Shown here in pieces: positions 13,070-24,800 of a stretch of 64,000 nucleotides of DNA. Origin of the DNA: Lama glama (taxonomy: Eukaryota); NCBI GenBank assembly GCA_028534125.1, contig CM052828.1, positions 60,388,001 through 60,452,000 of the forward strand, given 5' to 3'. Position numbers and translations under genes: made by a program. The notes below the pieces were generated by a model that saw nothing but the letters and a program-made list of their open reading frames with translations, made no database searches and had not been told where the DNA came from. Numbering within the stretch: the stretch's first letter is position 1; every line of letters starts with the position of its first letter.

Positions 13070-13242
13070 CTGAATGCCCCTCCAGGGAGCCCTTGGCAAG
13101 GGCAGGAGACGTGTTTCGATGTCACGACTGGGGATTCCCTGGCGTGGATCGGCGGGGGCCAGGTGCTGCCAACTCAGGGCGGCCCCGCAACAAAGCATCG
13201 TCCAGCCGAACTGTCTGCAGCGCGGACACCGGGAATCCCAGC
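13070..13242 (+). mobile_element. MER20 (hAT-Charlie DNA transposon)
   Basis: ttggcaagggcaggagacgtgtttcgatgtcacgactgggg and gccccgcaacaaagcatcgtccagccgaactgtc match hallmark MER20 segments. Confidence 0.75.
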
Positions 13243-13329
13243 CCTAACCTCTCACTCCCAGAGGCCCAGCCAAGCTTCACCTTCTCTGTACCGCTCACTC
13301 CTTACCTCCCTCCTCATCCACCTGTTCTG

Positions 13330-13432
13330 GCTCGTTTGTTTATTCACCCACAAACACGGGCCGTACGCGATTACAGACCGTGCGAGGAAGACACGGCCCC
13401 GCCCGGAGCTCTCACAGCCCAGACGGGGAGGT
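13330..13432 (-). mobile_element. L2 3' end fragment
   Basis: gtttgtttattcacccacaaac...gattacagaccgtgcgaggaagacacggccccgcccggagctctcacagcccagacgggga resembles the antisense L2 3' end. Confidence 0.45.
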
Positions 13433-14182
13433 GACGTCGGCAGCGGCAGCGGCAGCTTGCTTTGTGTTTGTTAATTCGTCTAATCCTGCAGCCACCCCAA
13501 GAGGAAGCCCTTCGATAATGGTCACTTCACAGACGCAGAAATCAGTACATCAACAAACAGTCACAGTGGGTAAAAGTGCCAGCGTCAGCGTGCAGGCAGC
13601 GCTGCAGGATCTCAGCTAACACTGGCTGAGTTCTCTCCATGCCAAGGGCTGTGGAGCCAGCGGTGAATAAAAATCCTGATTTTTGGTTAAATAAGCACAA
13701 CTTATTATGACAATTGGTTGTTTTAATCATATATACAAAATTACAAGTACATTTTATTTTATTTTTTAAACGTTCATCTTTTTCATATCTTTTTTTTTTC
13801 AAAAACTTGACTTGTTCTTTCATTTTTAAAGGATGAAAGTATTTGTAATTGCCTTCATATTGATCTGTGGCTTCGGAAAAAGTACGCGCATGTAATTGTC
13901 TCACAGGACAGCCTTTTAAAGGAAGCAACATCTAAATTAAACAACAGCTACGTTAGAAACTCGCCCCAAGGACGTCAGCAAAGTGACGGACTGATGGCTT
14001 CGTTTCTCTCCTCCCAGTTTTCTAGTGACAGTTTGCACGCTTTATCAGTGAAAAAGGGGGAAAAGTACAGAACAGAAACTGAATTTTCAAATGATAAAAG
14101 TTGACTGCTGCCCCGAGTGCTCCTGCTGCAGTCGTGTGCCTGTTTATTTCTTCGTGAGTGTTATTCTGTGTGTGTGTGTGTG

Positions 14183-14768
14183 TTTTACTGAGACAGGATC
14201 GACAGCTATCGCTGTGTGTGTTTCAGGGCTGCAGCGTGCAGGTGTGATGCATTTGCGTGTCGCCGTGTGATGCCACCGGCCGTCAGCTGGTGCATCTGTC
14301 CTGTCACACAGTTACCCTTCCCTCTGTGGGGAGGACATTTACGACCCAGCCTGAGGAACGCTGAGGTTTACAGCCGGGTTGCTTGACCGTAGTCACCCGT
14401 TTTCCTTCTGGTCGCACCTTTGTGCTCTTTGCCCAGCCTCTCCCCAGTCCCCTCCCCCCGGCCCTTGGTGACCGCCATTCGGGTCTCTGCTTTTATGAGT
14501 TCAGCTTTTTAAAAATGTCACATGTCAGTGAGATTGTATGGAATCTGACTTTCTCTGAATTTTCTCACTCGGAATAACGCCCCCACGGTCCATCCATGTT
14601 GTTGCAAAGGGCCCGACTTCCTTCTTTCTCTCGGCTGCATAATCTCCCGTGGGGATTTATCCAAAGGAAATGAAAACACGACATCGAAATGCTGCCTGCA
14701 CCCCATGTTCAAAGCAGCGTTGTTCACGTCGGCCAGGACATGGAGACAAGCCCCGTGTCTACCCGTGG
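14183..14768 (-). mobile_element. L1MA-type 3' end with an inverted 5' segment (twin-priming structure)
   Basis: 14183-14648 is antisense L1 3' UTR/ORF2 end (ggtccatccatgttgttgcaaa). 14649-14768 is sense ORF2 (GIYPKEMKT... in ORF 14649..14885). Confidence 0.8.
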
Positions 14769-15244
14769 GTGTGTGTGTGTGCTAACAGGAAGGCAGACTC
14801 GTTTCAGCCCACAGTGGGCCAGCTCCCTCGGGACCCCCGGCCTGGTGTAACCCACAGGCCTCAGAACCCGTGGTTGGCCCCCTAGACGGCCAGTGGTGGG
14901 TTATTCGTTAGCATCGGTGAGAAGGGCCCCTGTCTCCGTGGGGCCCAAGCCACGGAGGGTGGAGGGTTTCCTTCCCTCCTGGGACTTCTGATTCTCAGCA
15001 GGCAGCTTCCTTCGGGCCATCGCCAGTCCTGGGTGGCGGAGAGCTTCAGGGTCGCCACGTACCTCCCATCATGGGACAGTCAGGGGCAGTCAGCAGCCCG
15101 ACCCTGCCTGCAGGAAGGCGCCCTTGGCGGAGGTGCCCCTGCGGGCGGGCGTGTGCCGCGTGGGGGTGTGCCTGGTGCGGCCCCGCAGCTGCGGGCTGGT
15201 GCCGTGTCGCTCTCGCTTTGTTCCTCACAGCCTCTCTGCACTGA

Positions 15245-15385
15245 GCCCCAGATGCAAATGAAATGGTCACAAGAGAAGTAACTGGGTTAAATGCGTGCTA
15301 AACAGGTTTAAAATTACTGCTCATTGTCTGGGAGCAGATGCAAGCCTCAAACAAATGCAAAGCATCCAGGCAGATGCAAAGGGAG
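15245..15385. promoter_or_regulatory. Cluster of E-box/octamer composite motifs, candidate neural enhancer
   Basis: CAGATGCAA at 15249, 15335 and 15371. Perfect octamer ATGCAAAT at 15252, ATGCAAAG at 15355, SOX-like CATTGT at 15322. Confidence 0.35.
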
Positions 15386-16499
15386 GGCAACTGGAGCTGG
15401 GTCCCCAGTGCTCGCTTCCCAGCGCCGCCTGGCCATCCTGCCACCAGGCGAGGTGGGCAGCGGCCCCAAGGACAGGGAGAGCCTGGCCCAAGGGCAGGAG
15501 GAGCGAGAAGGGTCTTTGGCTCCGTGCCTGTCTCTGCCTCCTAAGACAGGGATCTTTGCATTGCTAGCATCTTGCCAAGGAAGGCCGATTAAAGCACACC
15601 TGCCCCTGGCCCCTGCTGTGTGTGCTCCATGTGGTTGTCCAGGGGCCTTTTTCTGTCCGCGTACCACCAGAGCCCCCGTCCTGGTGCACAGCAACACTCT
15701 GCCGGGCGGCCTAGCCCACGTCGGCGATTTGTGCTCTTCTCTGGGTGCTGAAGCTCACGTGTACGTGATGTGGCCTCGTGTGCAGAGCTGCCGCATATGG
15801 CACATGGGTTCCTTGATGTTTAACTTGGTAATAGAGCCTGGATCTCTGATCACCAAGTGTTCATGAAACATTCTCCGTTCTGTTTCAGCTCCATTAGAGA
15901 AGGTTCTAAGACGTCTCATCTGAGCCGGGCGTTTCAGAGAGCACCGACTCTGGCCTCCGTGGGGCAGGCTCACTTTGTACTCACTAGTGGGGATGCAGGC
16001 ATCCAAGGCAGGACGCAGCCCGCCCAGGGCGCCCTGGAGAGCAGAGCCGGCCCAGACCCACTCTGAGGTCTCTGTGGACAAGGCTCCGCCGACCACGGGG
16101 AGGGGGGTCGGGGTCAGCAGCTCAGTCCTGCTTTTCCTCAATGTTTTAGCGTCAAGATAGTATTTGGGGGAATAAAAGGCAATACTTGACTTTAAAAACC
16201 TTACTTTTGATCAATAGAAATAATTTATTTTAACTGCTCCATAAATGTTTTGCCAAAGTGGCTGAAAATGAGCTCTTTGACCAACCGCTTTAAACTTTGC
16301 TAGCACTTTGCCGCTTACCACAGATTAATGTAAAGGGAATTTTAAAATCCCTCAATGCCGTGGGGAAATCAGGAGTCTCTCTGGAATCTGGAGTTCTGCT
16401 TTAGCTGTGTTAAACTGAAGGTGCCCACTGGAAATGCAAGTGGCGACATCAAGTGATCAGTTAGTTATGGTCCAGAGCTCAGGGGCAGCAGGCAGGGCT

Positions 16500-16864
16500 T
16501 GGATGTACATCCACCTGGGAGGCGCTGACACAAGTGCAGGTCACAGAACACTGAGACCCCGTCTTTTCCTCACTTTCAGACTCCCCCTGATGACACTGGG
16601 TGCCATGCAGAGAGGCTGGGAGCTGAGAGCAGCTCTCAGTGCAACAGCCAATTGGCTGAGCCTGGAAGCCCATCCTTCTCCCACCCTGCTGTGAGATGAC
16701 CACAGCCTCAGCCAGTCCTCCATGGCATCCTGTGGGGGACCCTGAGCCAGGCCACCCCTTGAGGCAGCACCTGAGCCACAGAACCACAGAACTGTTCCGT
16801 AACACACATCATTTAAGCCACTGTGTTTGGGGTAATTTGTTACACAGCAGTAGATAGCTGACAC
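16500..16864 (+). mobile_element. MLT1 (MaLR) solo LTR
   Basis: 3' terminus tttaagccactgtgtttggggtaatttgttacacagcagtagatagctgaca is the characteristic MLT1 end. The 5' boundary is uncertain. Confidence 0.8.
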
Positions 16865-17239
16865 AATGCCCTGTGGGACAGCCTGCCCAAGAAGAACAGG
16901 AGTTTTGAGCACGTGCAGTGCCACAGCCCCTTCCACCAGCAACGCAGGCAGCAGGCTTCTGCAGCCAGTGGACTGCAGGTTTTCCATCTTCTCAGACACT
17001 AGAGGAAGAACATCCTTCTCTGAAGTGCCTCTTGCCCGGGCTGAGGCTATGAAAGGCATCCAACGAGCTTGAACCACAGCCCCCCGAGGGCTTGGAGGGT
17101 GCGTCCTGTTCCGCCTTTTGAAGATCAAGAGGCGAAGTGAAACAGGGTCCTCTGAGTTAGCATCTCATCCTCGCGGGAGCCACGTGCTCTCCAGGCCTCC
17201 TGGCACATGGACCCCCCACCCCAGCCATGTCCTTTCATG

Positions 17240-17512
17240 GGCTTTGTAAAACATGGAGTGACTGTGAACCACATTGACCTCAAAAGCTAGAAAACTGTTT
17301 TGGAGAAAAATGAGCTGTGACTTTTCCTTGTTGCAGTCCATGAAAACCCGCTGAAATTATTGAGCATTAATCAAGAAAAAGGTTACTTAAAGAATGATGC
17401 ATTTGAAGGCTAATTAGTTAAATTAGCAGGTTCAGAATAGATCACATGCACACCTATAAAACAGGAAGACTCAGCAGAGGACTTAATTAACTCTAAACAC
17501 ATCGATATGGGG
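17240..17512. promoter_or_regulatory. AT-rich homeodomain-site island, candidate CNE
   Basis: gctaattagttaaattagc (17409-17427), ttaattaa (17483), cattaatc and atcgata (17501). Confidence 0.4.
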
Positions 17513-18437
17513 CAGAAGATCCCAGAAGATGAGCTTCGCTTCTCCCTGGGTGAAGACAGGAGGGCACAATGGGAGCGCTGGCCGTGGTGCTGACGCTGGG
17601 TTCCGCCTGGGCTCCTTGGCCGCTCTCGTCTGCAGTTCTGAGCAACATCACTGACCTCCCTCACGTTCCCCCTGATGGTTGAGGTTTGCCCTAAAAAGTA
17701 TTCACTTCAGCTCAAAGCATGCCAGAGTAAAGGTTCAGTGAGGTATAGACTTTTTTCCACGTGTCGTGGGAGCGATGCTAGAGCCAGGGAAGGGGGACAG
17801 AGCTGAACCTTTAGGAAGCAAGCCTGGCTCTGCTGATCAGGACTCTGTTTGGAGATGCTTGGTACGCCTGAGGCTTGGAGGAGCCCAACCCACCAGTGCA
17901 AGGCTCGTCTGCACTCATGTATTGCTGCCTCGGTGTTTCCTGCACCCATCTGCAATCTGCGTCTTCAGAGGGGGTGATCTGTGTGTGGCTTCCAGGGTAT
18001 TCCTGTGTAATCCAGCGTCCAGCTTAGCTGAATGCCTCCTTTGTCATCTTGCTCTAAACAGGATGGTTTGATGTTCCGCTGGCTTGGAAAGTTATTTCCT
18101 GGCTTAGAGCCAACATAAATACCCCCTCCTATGCCGAGAAGCCCAGACCCAAAGGAGCCCACAGAGCCACCCTGGGGGCCGTGGCTGCCAAGCCCTCACC
18201 TGACCATCGGGCCCCCTCATCCTGTGCTCCTCAGAGGGACACCTGGGAAGGATCGTGAGTCCTGAGCTGTGGCTCACAGACCAGCCGGCAGTGGCCAGAC
18301 CTGGGTGGCAGGCTGGTCATTTCACGGGTCTCTGTGACAGCAGCAGCAGAGCCTTCCCGTCAGCTGCAACATGCTGTGGGCGGAGCTGAGAATTCAGGTA
18401 GAACCTGAACTTAAACGCAGAAGGAGCAAGTTGCAGC

Positions 18438-19075
18438 TCCCTGTCCTCATTATTTGCAGCAGTCGTGTCCCATACAGTCACCGTGAACCCTGAACCAGCA
18501 GTTCAGTCCTGGCCGTGGCTCCTGGGGAGATGCAGGCTGAGGTCCCTGCCACCCTCTAGTCACAGCACAGTCGCCGACCGCTCATGCACAGCCCTGCTCC
18601 ACGTGTGGATATGTTGAAGACATGTTATATGTGTTGCTGACGCAGCACATGGAGCCCGCGGCCAGCAGCACGGTACCTCGTGCCGAAGGAAGCACATCTG
18701 ACGTGTGTATGCACGCGTTTCTTCGTGAGGCACACTGCACCCTTCTTGGACTTCAGAAAAGTTGACGGCGTTTCAGTGCCACGTTTGGGGGCCATTTCAA
18801 ATGGTGAAATTATCAGCAACAAAAAAGCACAAAAATGTGAAAATGGTGGCACTAAGTAGACTGCGAAGAGGACCTTTGTTCACGGGGCGAGATGACCCAG
18901 GAGGGTGGAGTGCTGCCCGCGAGCCCTCGTCTGGGAGCGGCACTTCAGGCTACTCAGACTTTTCACTGCTCTGCACAGCTCAGTGGACATCCCTGAAAGC
19001 TCTGCAGTGACTTATTTCAAGGGCGCAAATAAAGTTTAACAAGGAGGTGAATTGTCGGTCCAGAATTCCGACTGC
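18438..19075 (-). mobile_element. MER82-like (TcMar-Tigger) DNA transposon
   Basis: ORF 18625..18852(-) contains MAPKRGTETPSTFLKSKKGAVCLTKK, a relic of a Tigger transposase N-terminus. The DNA matches recalled MER82 (aaaatggcccccaag, tttgtgcttttttgttg). Confidence 0.85.
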
Positions 19076-19124
19076 CTGTGTGTATAACTCCTGGGAGGGC
19101 AGAGTCCCTGCATGGGCAGGCATT

Positions 19125-19345
19125 GGAGCAGAGTGTTTAAGATAAGGCTCCGATTCCAGGCCTGGCCCAGCCCCTGCTGCTGTGTGACCTCGGTAAGTAG
19201 CTTAACCTCTCTGTGCTGCAGTGTCACCACCTGTGTAATGGGAGTAGTTTGCGTAGTTCTGTGGCGCAGGGGTACAGAGAGCTGGGCGAGGCTGTGCCTA
19301 CACAGCGTGCCGGCCAGCACAGGCTCACTTTGATCGCTGTTAGTT
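19125..19345 (+). mobile_element. MIR SINE
   Basis: gctgtgtgacctcggtaagtagcttaacctctctgtgctgcagtgtcaccacctgtgtaatggga is a MIR core. Confidence 0.75.
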
Positions 19346-20059
19346 GCTGGTGTTTTGTTGACAGGTGATTACCATCCTCAGACGTGAAGTCCATGGAAGG
19401 AGCAGGACTGAGAACCACGGTGCCTGGGACTGACCACATGAAGTGGCTAGTCTTTACAGAAGATGGTGTCCACAGTTAGGCCGCTGGAGCCCAAGTTCAG
19501 GACAAGGGCAAAGCCAGCTGCTCTCCTTCTCATTAAACCTGCACGTTTTCAGACTGGAAGTTGTCCGCTTTGACGTCTGACCTAAGCGGAGAGTCGTGTC
19601 TAAATGCAGCAGGACGGACCGCTATCCGGTTCTGGGTCTTTTCACGGCCGCCAGCCGGCGCCCCCGCCAGGACATAGAGATGCAGACCTTCGATGCGAGC
19701 TGCGGTAAACTGCCCCCCACCCAGCTCAAGCCTGGGAGCAGGAGACTCTCTGAAGGGAGGTACCGAGCACGGGGGCTGGAAGGGCTCTGGCTCCCGCGGG
19801 TTCGTTCTGTTAGGTTTCTTCTCGAGGGGAAAAAAGCCCATGCAAGCGACAGTGGGAAAAACATTGCAAACCAAGGGATCGGCGTGACCGTGTGTGTTTG
19901 GTGAGAAGGCGACACTGGCCAGGGAGACTCTGACTCGGCGAGAGATGGCGATTGGGATTAATCTAACAGCCTGAGGCGAACTGTCAGCCTTTGGGAGGGA
20001 ACTGATAATGCGTTCATCATCAGGAGAAGTTCTTCTCCATTGTGAGTAGGTTGAGTACC

Positions 20060-20480
20060 AGGGAATAGAGACCTAAAAATTAAAATAATAAAAAGAAAGA
20101 AAAGAACAGAACTGCAGAGCTGGGCAGCCAGGTTGCCTTGGTGGACGCAGGATCCGTGGGAGTCGCTCCCCAGACTCTGCTGTGCCGTCCCTGGGGGTGG
20201 CCCTGGCTCTCGTGGCCCGAGAGGGCTGTGGTACTCCGCCCATCAGCTCCATGTTCCAAGCAGCAGGGCGGTGGAGGGAGGGGAAAAAAGGCACGCTCCT
20301 TCCCTCTCAGAGAGACTGTGCCGAAGTCGCTTGCAACACGTCCCTTCTGCTTGCATTTCATGAGAAAAAGCTTGGTCACAGGGCCACACACAGTTCCGAG
20401 GGGGACTGGGAAGTGTCACAGCCCTGGGCCCAACCAGAAGTTGCGGTTCTGTTAATTTTCTGAGGAAGAGAGGTGGATCT
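20060..20480 (-). mobile_element. Old MLT1 (J/K-like) LTR
   Basis: ttctgcttgcatttcatgagaaaaagcttggtcacagggccacacacagttccgagggggactgggaagtg resembles antisense MLT1J/K. Confidence 0.6.
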
Positions 20481-21289
20481 TTGAGAAGTTGATTTCAGCC
20501 GCCTCCTCAGAACAAGCTCCCGGCCAGGTAAGCGCTGTGTCTCACAGCCTCCTCGGGGTGACCGTGCCGCCGCCGCCGTCTGAAGGGGCGCCTTTAGGAC
20601 AGGGTCTGTGAGGGAGCTCTCTGTGGTGACAACATCTGGGTAAACAAAGGCCACGTGGCACCATGTAAAGATGAGGGGATTGGCTGCACTAATGAGACAA
20701 GTTCATAAAACTCCAGCCAGGCAGAGACTGGCCCATTACAAACGTGGCGGGAAGGTTGCTCACTGGGCGTAATTAGTGTGCTGCCCAGAGGGGCTGTTCT
20801 CAAAGCGAGGCCGCCCCACGCGTGCTCCAGGCGTGGGCCTTCTAAGCCCTAAAGCACAGCCTGTGCTGCAGAGGGGCGTGTGGCTCACGTGGTGGGGGCC
20901 GCGCAGCATGGCCCCCGGACCCCCCCCCACGCTGTGTCGGCACCTGGCCGTCGACCTGGGAGGGGTGCGGCGATCACCTGGACGGGCCCGTCCCAGGGTC
21001 AGTGGGGAGGCCGAGTTCAAGCTCAATGGGAAGGACCATGGAACTGGGGGTGGGGAAGCGGCTGGGGGGCCACCCAAAGGGAAGCCGAGAGCCCTCGGGA
21101 GACGAAGGCGCAGAGCAGGCGGACACACGCAGACCCCCAGCCCCGACCCTTGGGTTTTCTTGGGCCGTCGCCTTCCTGGCTGGGCTAGGCTTTCAGAACT
21201 GCCATGGATCTGTCACTTAGGTGCCAGTGCTGAAGCATGTGGTTACTCTCTTTTTATGGGATGTTTGAATATCTGCCAGGAATTACCAT

Positions 21290-21850
21290 CCTTATTCCTT
21301 TAAAAAAATAATATTCTTAGCTGATCTTAGGTGTTTATTTTTCCATCTCGATAAGCTTACCTTGTTTTCTCCCACGCCACCCCCACAAAAAGAATCCTTC
21401 AGTGTTTTTATTGGAATCACGTTACTTGTACAGATTAACCTAGCATGTGTGTCTCTGTGATTTAGACATCATCTTGTTTAAAGCAGCATACTTTTCATTT
21501 GTTCAGGCTCACGCCACGCCCTCAGGAGATTTAAAGTTTCCTTGCAGATTGTTTCCGCGTATTTTAGCATTCTTGTTGCTCTGCTGCACAGGACACCTTC
21601 TTCAGCGTGTCTCCTAGTAGTTGTCCGCTCTGCTCTGGACCACTGCCTGGCGGTGTAGTTGGTGGGTAGTCACCTCAGATCCTCTTGAAAGCAGTGATAA
21701 CTTTGCCGTATTTTTTTCTCGCATTTCCTGAGCTCTTGGTCTGAGAGACAGTTCCACGGCGTTGCCCGAGCACTGTCCTCCGCTCGCTGCAGAGCCCAGC
21801 CCCAGACATTGCAGTCTTTGTTGTAGGTCTGACCGGAAGCTTTGGCTGCT
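21290..21850 (-). mobile_element. Degraded L1M ORF2 fragment
   Basis: gtgtttttattggaatcacgttacttgtacagattaac resembles antisense ORF2 (gattgggattgcattgaatctatagatc). T-rich. Confidence 0.45.
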
Positions 21851-24800
21851 CTGAGAGCTTCAGTGACGTCAGTCCATTTGTGTCCCGAGGCCCAGACGGA
21901 GGGTGTCCAGGTCTCACTCTCACTGCTCTGGGTGGGGCCAGCTTAGCCTCCCTTTAAAGAAGGAACTGAGCTGGCCTGCCTGACACTGACCACATCTTCA
22001 CTCTTCACTCCGCAGGCCCTGCCCTCGACCTCAGTGCCCGCATTGCAGCGTCCAGCTTTGTGGTCCCGGGCTGGTGACCCCTCAGCCACCCCCAGAGGCA
22101 CCAGGGGCCAGGTGCCCCCAGCAGGTCTCCATCTTCCAGAAATGAAAGCATCTCCTCCCCATCTCCCTTTGGTCCTCATCGGTACCCAGGTGCTGCCCGG
22201 ACGTCTGGCTCCTCCCCGGGCTTCCTGACGTCGGCCTGAGAGCTTGCACGGCATCTGGTCCTCTGTGCCAGTGCGTGCTGGTCCCAGCCCGCTTCGGAGT
22301 GGGGTGGCTGCCCTGAGTGGGCTCTGCGCCCTCAAAAATCTGCCTTCTTTCCCCGACCGTGCTGTCACGAGCCCCCAGGAGGCCTCTCCCTGCACCCGGC
22401 TCCACACGGGCGGTGTCCCTGAAGCTCCCGAGAGCAAGTCACCCCCCTTTTCATCATGCTGTTTTGTTATTTTCCCTTCACTCCTTTGTTTAAGGACTAC
22501 AGAGACAAAGAAGGATGCTCAGACAGAGCCGTGAAAGGGGAAACCACATCAAAGGGCTCACCTGGTCCACGTGTATAAGCACTGCCCGGCCCAGTAGAGG
22601 GGCCACCCTCAACCCTCCCTGAAGAGCTCACATGTGTCCACGATCGCAGGACCCGTGGAAGTCACTGTGGGACCGTGGTCATGGTTCACGTGACGGCGAC
22701 ACAAGGGAGCAAAAATGAGCTCACGAAACTCGAGTGTTTAGTTGGCTAAGGCAAGTCTGGCCTCTTCCAGGATGAAACGCTGGCTCTGGAATCATCTCTG
22801 CGAAAGCCCATTGTTTTCCTTTAGAACAAGACAACGTGCTTGTAAATAACTGAGTTATGCGGTTACGAGAGGCAGGTTTTGTCATTCTCTCACAGTGTGA
22901 CCTCGGTCTTCTGCAGACCCAATGACGGGCATGGGGACAGACGTGGAGGAGGCCTTCCGCTGGACGCTGTGAGGGCCGGGCTCTGTGGGGGAAGCAGGCG
23001 GGCACGCGGCGTGAAGGCCTCCCGGCCCGGGTGGAGGCAGGGCCGTCTGGAGATGCAGGGCGCCCTGAGGTCTCTGTCAGAGCACCTTCCACAGGGGAAG
23101 CTGCCAGTGACAGACAGACCACAACGCCCTTGGAAGGCAGGACCTGCCACGGACATTCTGACGTTTCTGGGGCTGACTGTCCACGGAGAGCGGCCAGGAG
23201 GGAACGAAGTATCCACCAGGCTGGAACTCACTGCATGACATGAATCGAGCGTCTGTTTGCACAAAATGGAGACACTGTTGTTTGAAGGAACAGATGTCAT
23301 CAAAACTTGTGGACTGTTGCTCGTCGGGAAATTGCCCGGTGCCCAGACGATCCGAGAAGAGATGGAAACAGGATGTGGTGAAGACGTGGAGGCTGGGTGC
23401 CCTGCAGGAATGTTCTGGAATGGAAGGCACCACCAGCTGCCCCCAGCTTCGACCACGGCCACATCTTCCCCTTTCTCCCACCAGCGCTTCACAGAGCCAC
23501 GTTTCCTTCTCCTGTACCTGGTGAATGTCTGCAGGCCCCCTCTGAGCTCACTCCCTGAAGAGGGCCGAGCACTATCAGTGGCTCTTAAGACGGGGTGACT
23601 CCTGCTAAAATCAGAGGGAACAGGGAAAATGTGCTTAACAGCCCAGTGACCACACACAGCTGAGCCTTGCCGCCGTCCTCTCGCCCTCTCAACCCAGGAA
23701 CAATTAACCCCGGGCCAGCACGCCACCCAGGGTCCCTTCGGATTTGGATTACAAATTGCAGTCATCTGAGAGCGGAGGCGATGGGCTCGGTCTCCGACGT
23801 GCTCCGCAGACGAGGGCTTGCAGACAACGTACGCCCGCCCCAGCGACTTGTCCTCGGCCAGGTAAGAGAGTGCACGCCTCCTGCCTCTGCTGGGAAGTGG
23901 CGGTTTCGTCAGGAGGACATGCTGGGGGCGGGGGGGGGTCCCGAAGGAGGCTCACTTCTGTAAAGACAGTCGTGTGTTCGTGGCCGATGGGGTTTCATCT
24001 CCGGGATTCGTGGGTTGTCACTGCCGTTTCCTGCTCCTAGAGATCTCCTCTGTTTTCGGAGGAGGAGACCTCGATGTGGAGTAGACTAGCCCGGACCCGT
24101 GCATCCTAATCTGTAGAGGGGAGCAGCCACTTCATATTCTTGCTTCATGATTTAAAAAGGTGGGGGTGCTGGAAATAGACAAGGAAAAGCACTGTTAGAA
24201 TCAGGAAGATTGGGGTCGGGAGGAACGGTATAAATTGAGGAAGGGACGGATGAGGAGCTGGGGTGGTTTTTCATGGTGAGGCATTTGCTGAATCTTCGCC
24301 AGGACACACAAGAGATGCAGAGCTGTGTGGACAGAGGCTTCTGAGAGGCTGCTGTGTCAGAGCGGCTGGGGGTCGGGCTGGAGTTCAGGGTCCACTGAGG
24401 GGGAGAAGGGTAAACACTGCAGGTCGTTCCAGGTCACCCTCTCTGAGGGAGCTCGGGGGAACCTCAGCAGGACTCCGCCGTGCACGGGCACCCCAAGGTG
24501 GGTGGACGGAAGAGTAAACCTGGGGGCGGGCGGGGGGAATCCCCTCCAGGCGTCCAGCTACACACGTGCTCAGACAGACCTGGAGCGGCGCCACCCGCTG
24601 GTCGAAGCTGAGGGCAGGTCACTCTGGCTGCTGCCTGTGTCCCTGGCACCCACCCAAGAGCCACTTCGTGCACTTGACCTTGCCCATCACAGGTCTCTGC
24701 TGGGAGTTCAGCACAGTTCCCAGGATGCCTGGATTTTCTGAGAGCGTCCCCGGCTCACCAGTGTGCATCTGAGCGAGACCAGCCCCATGGCGTTGCTGAA

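Noticed and set aside
18625-18852. Domesticated Tigger transposase
   Set aside because: Only a short, degenerate N-terminal relic inside a non-autonomous MER82-like element.
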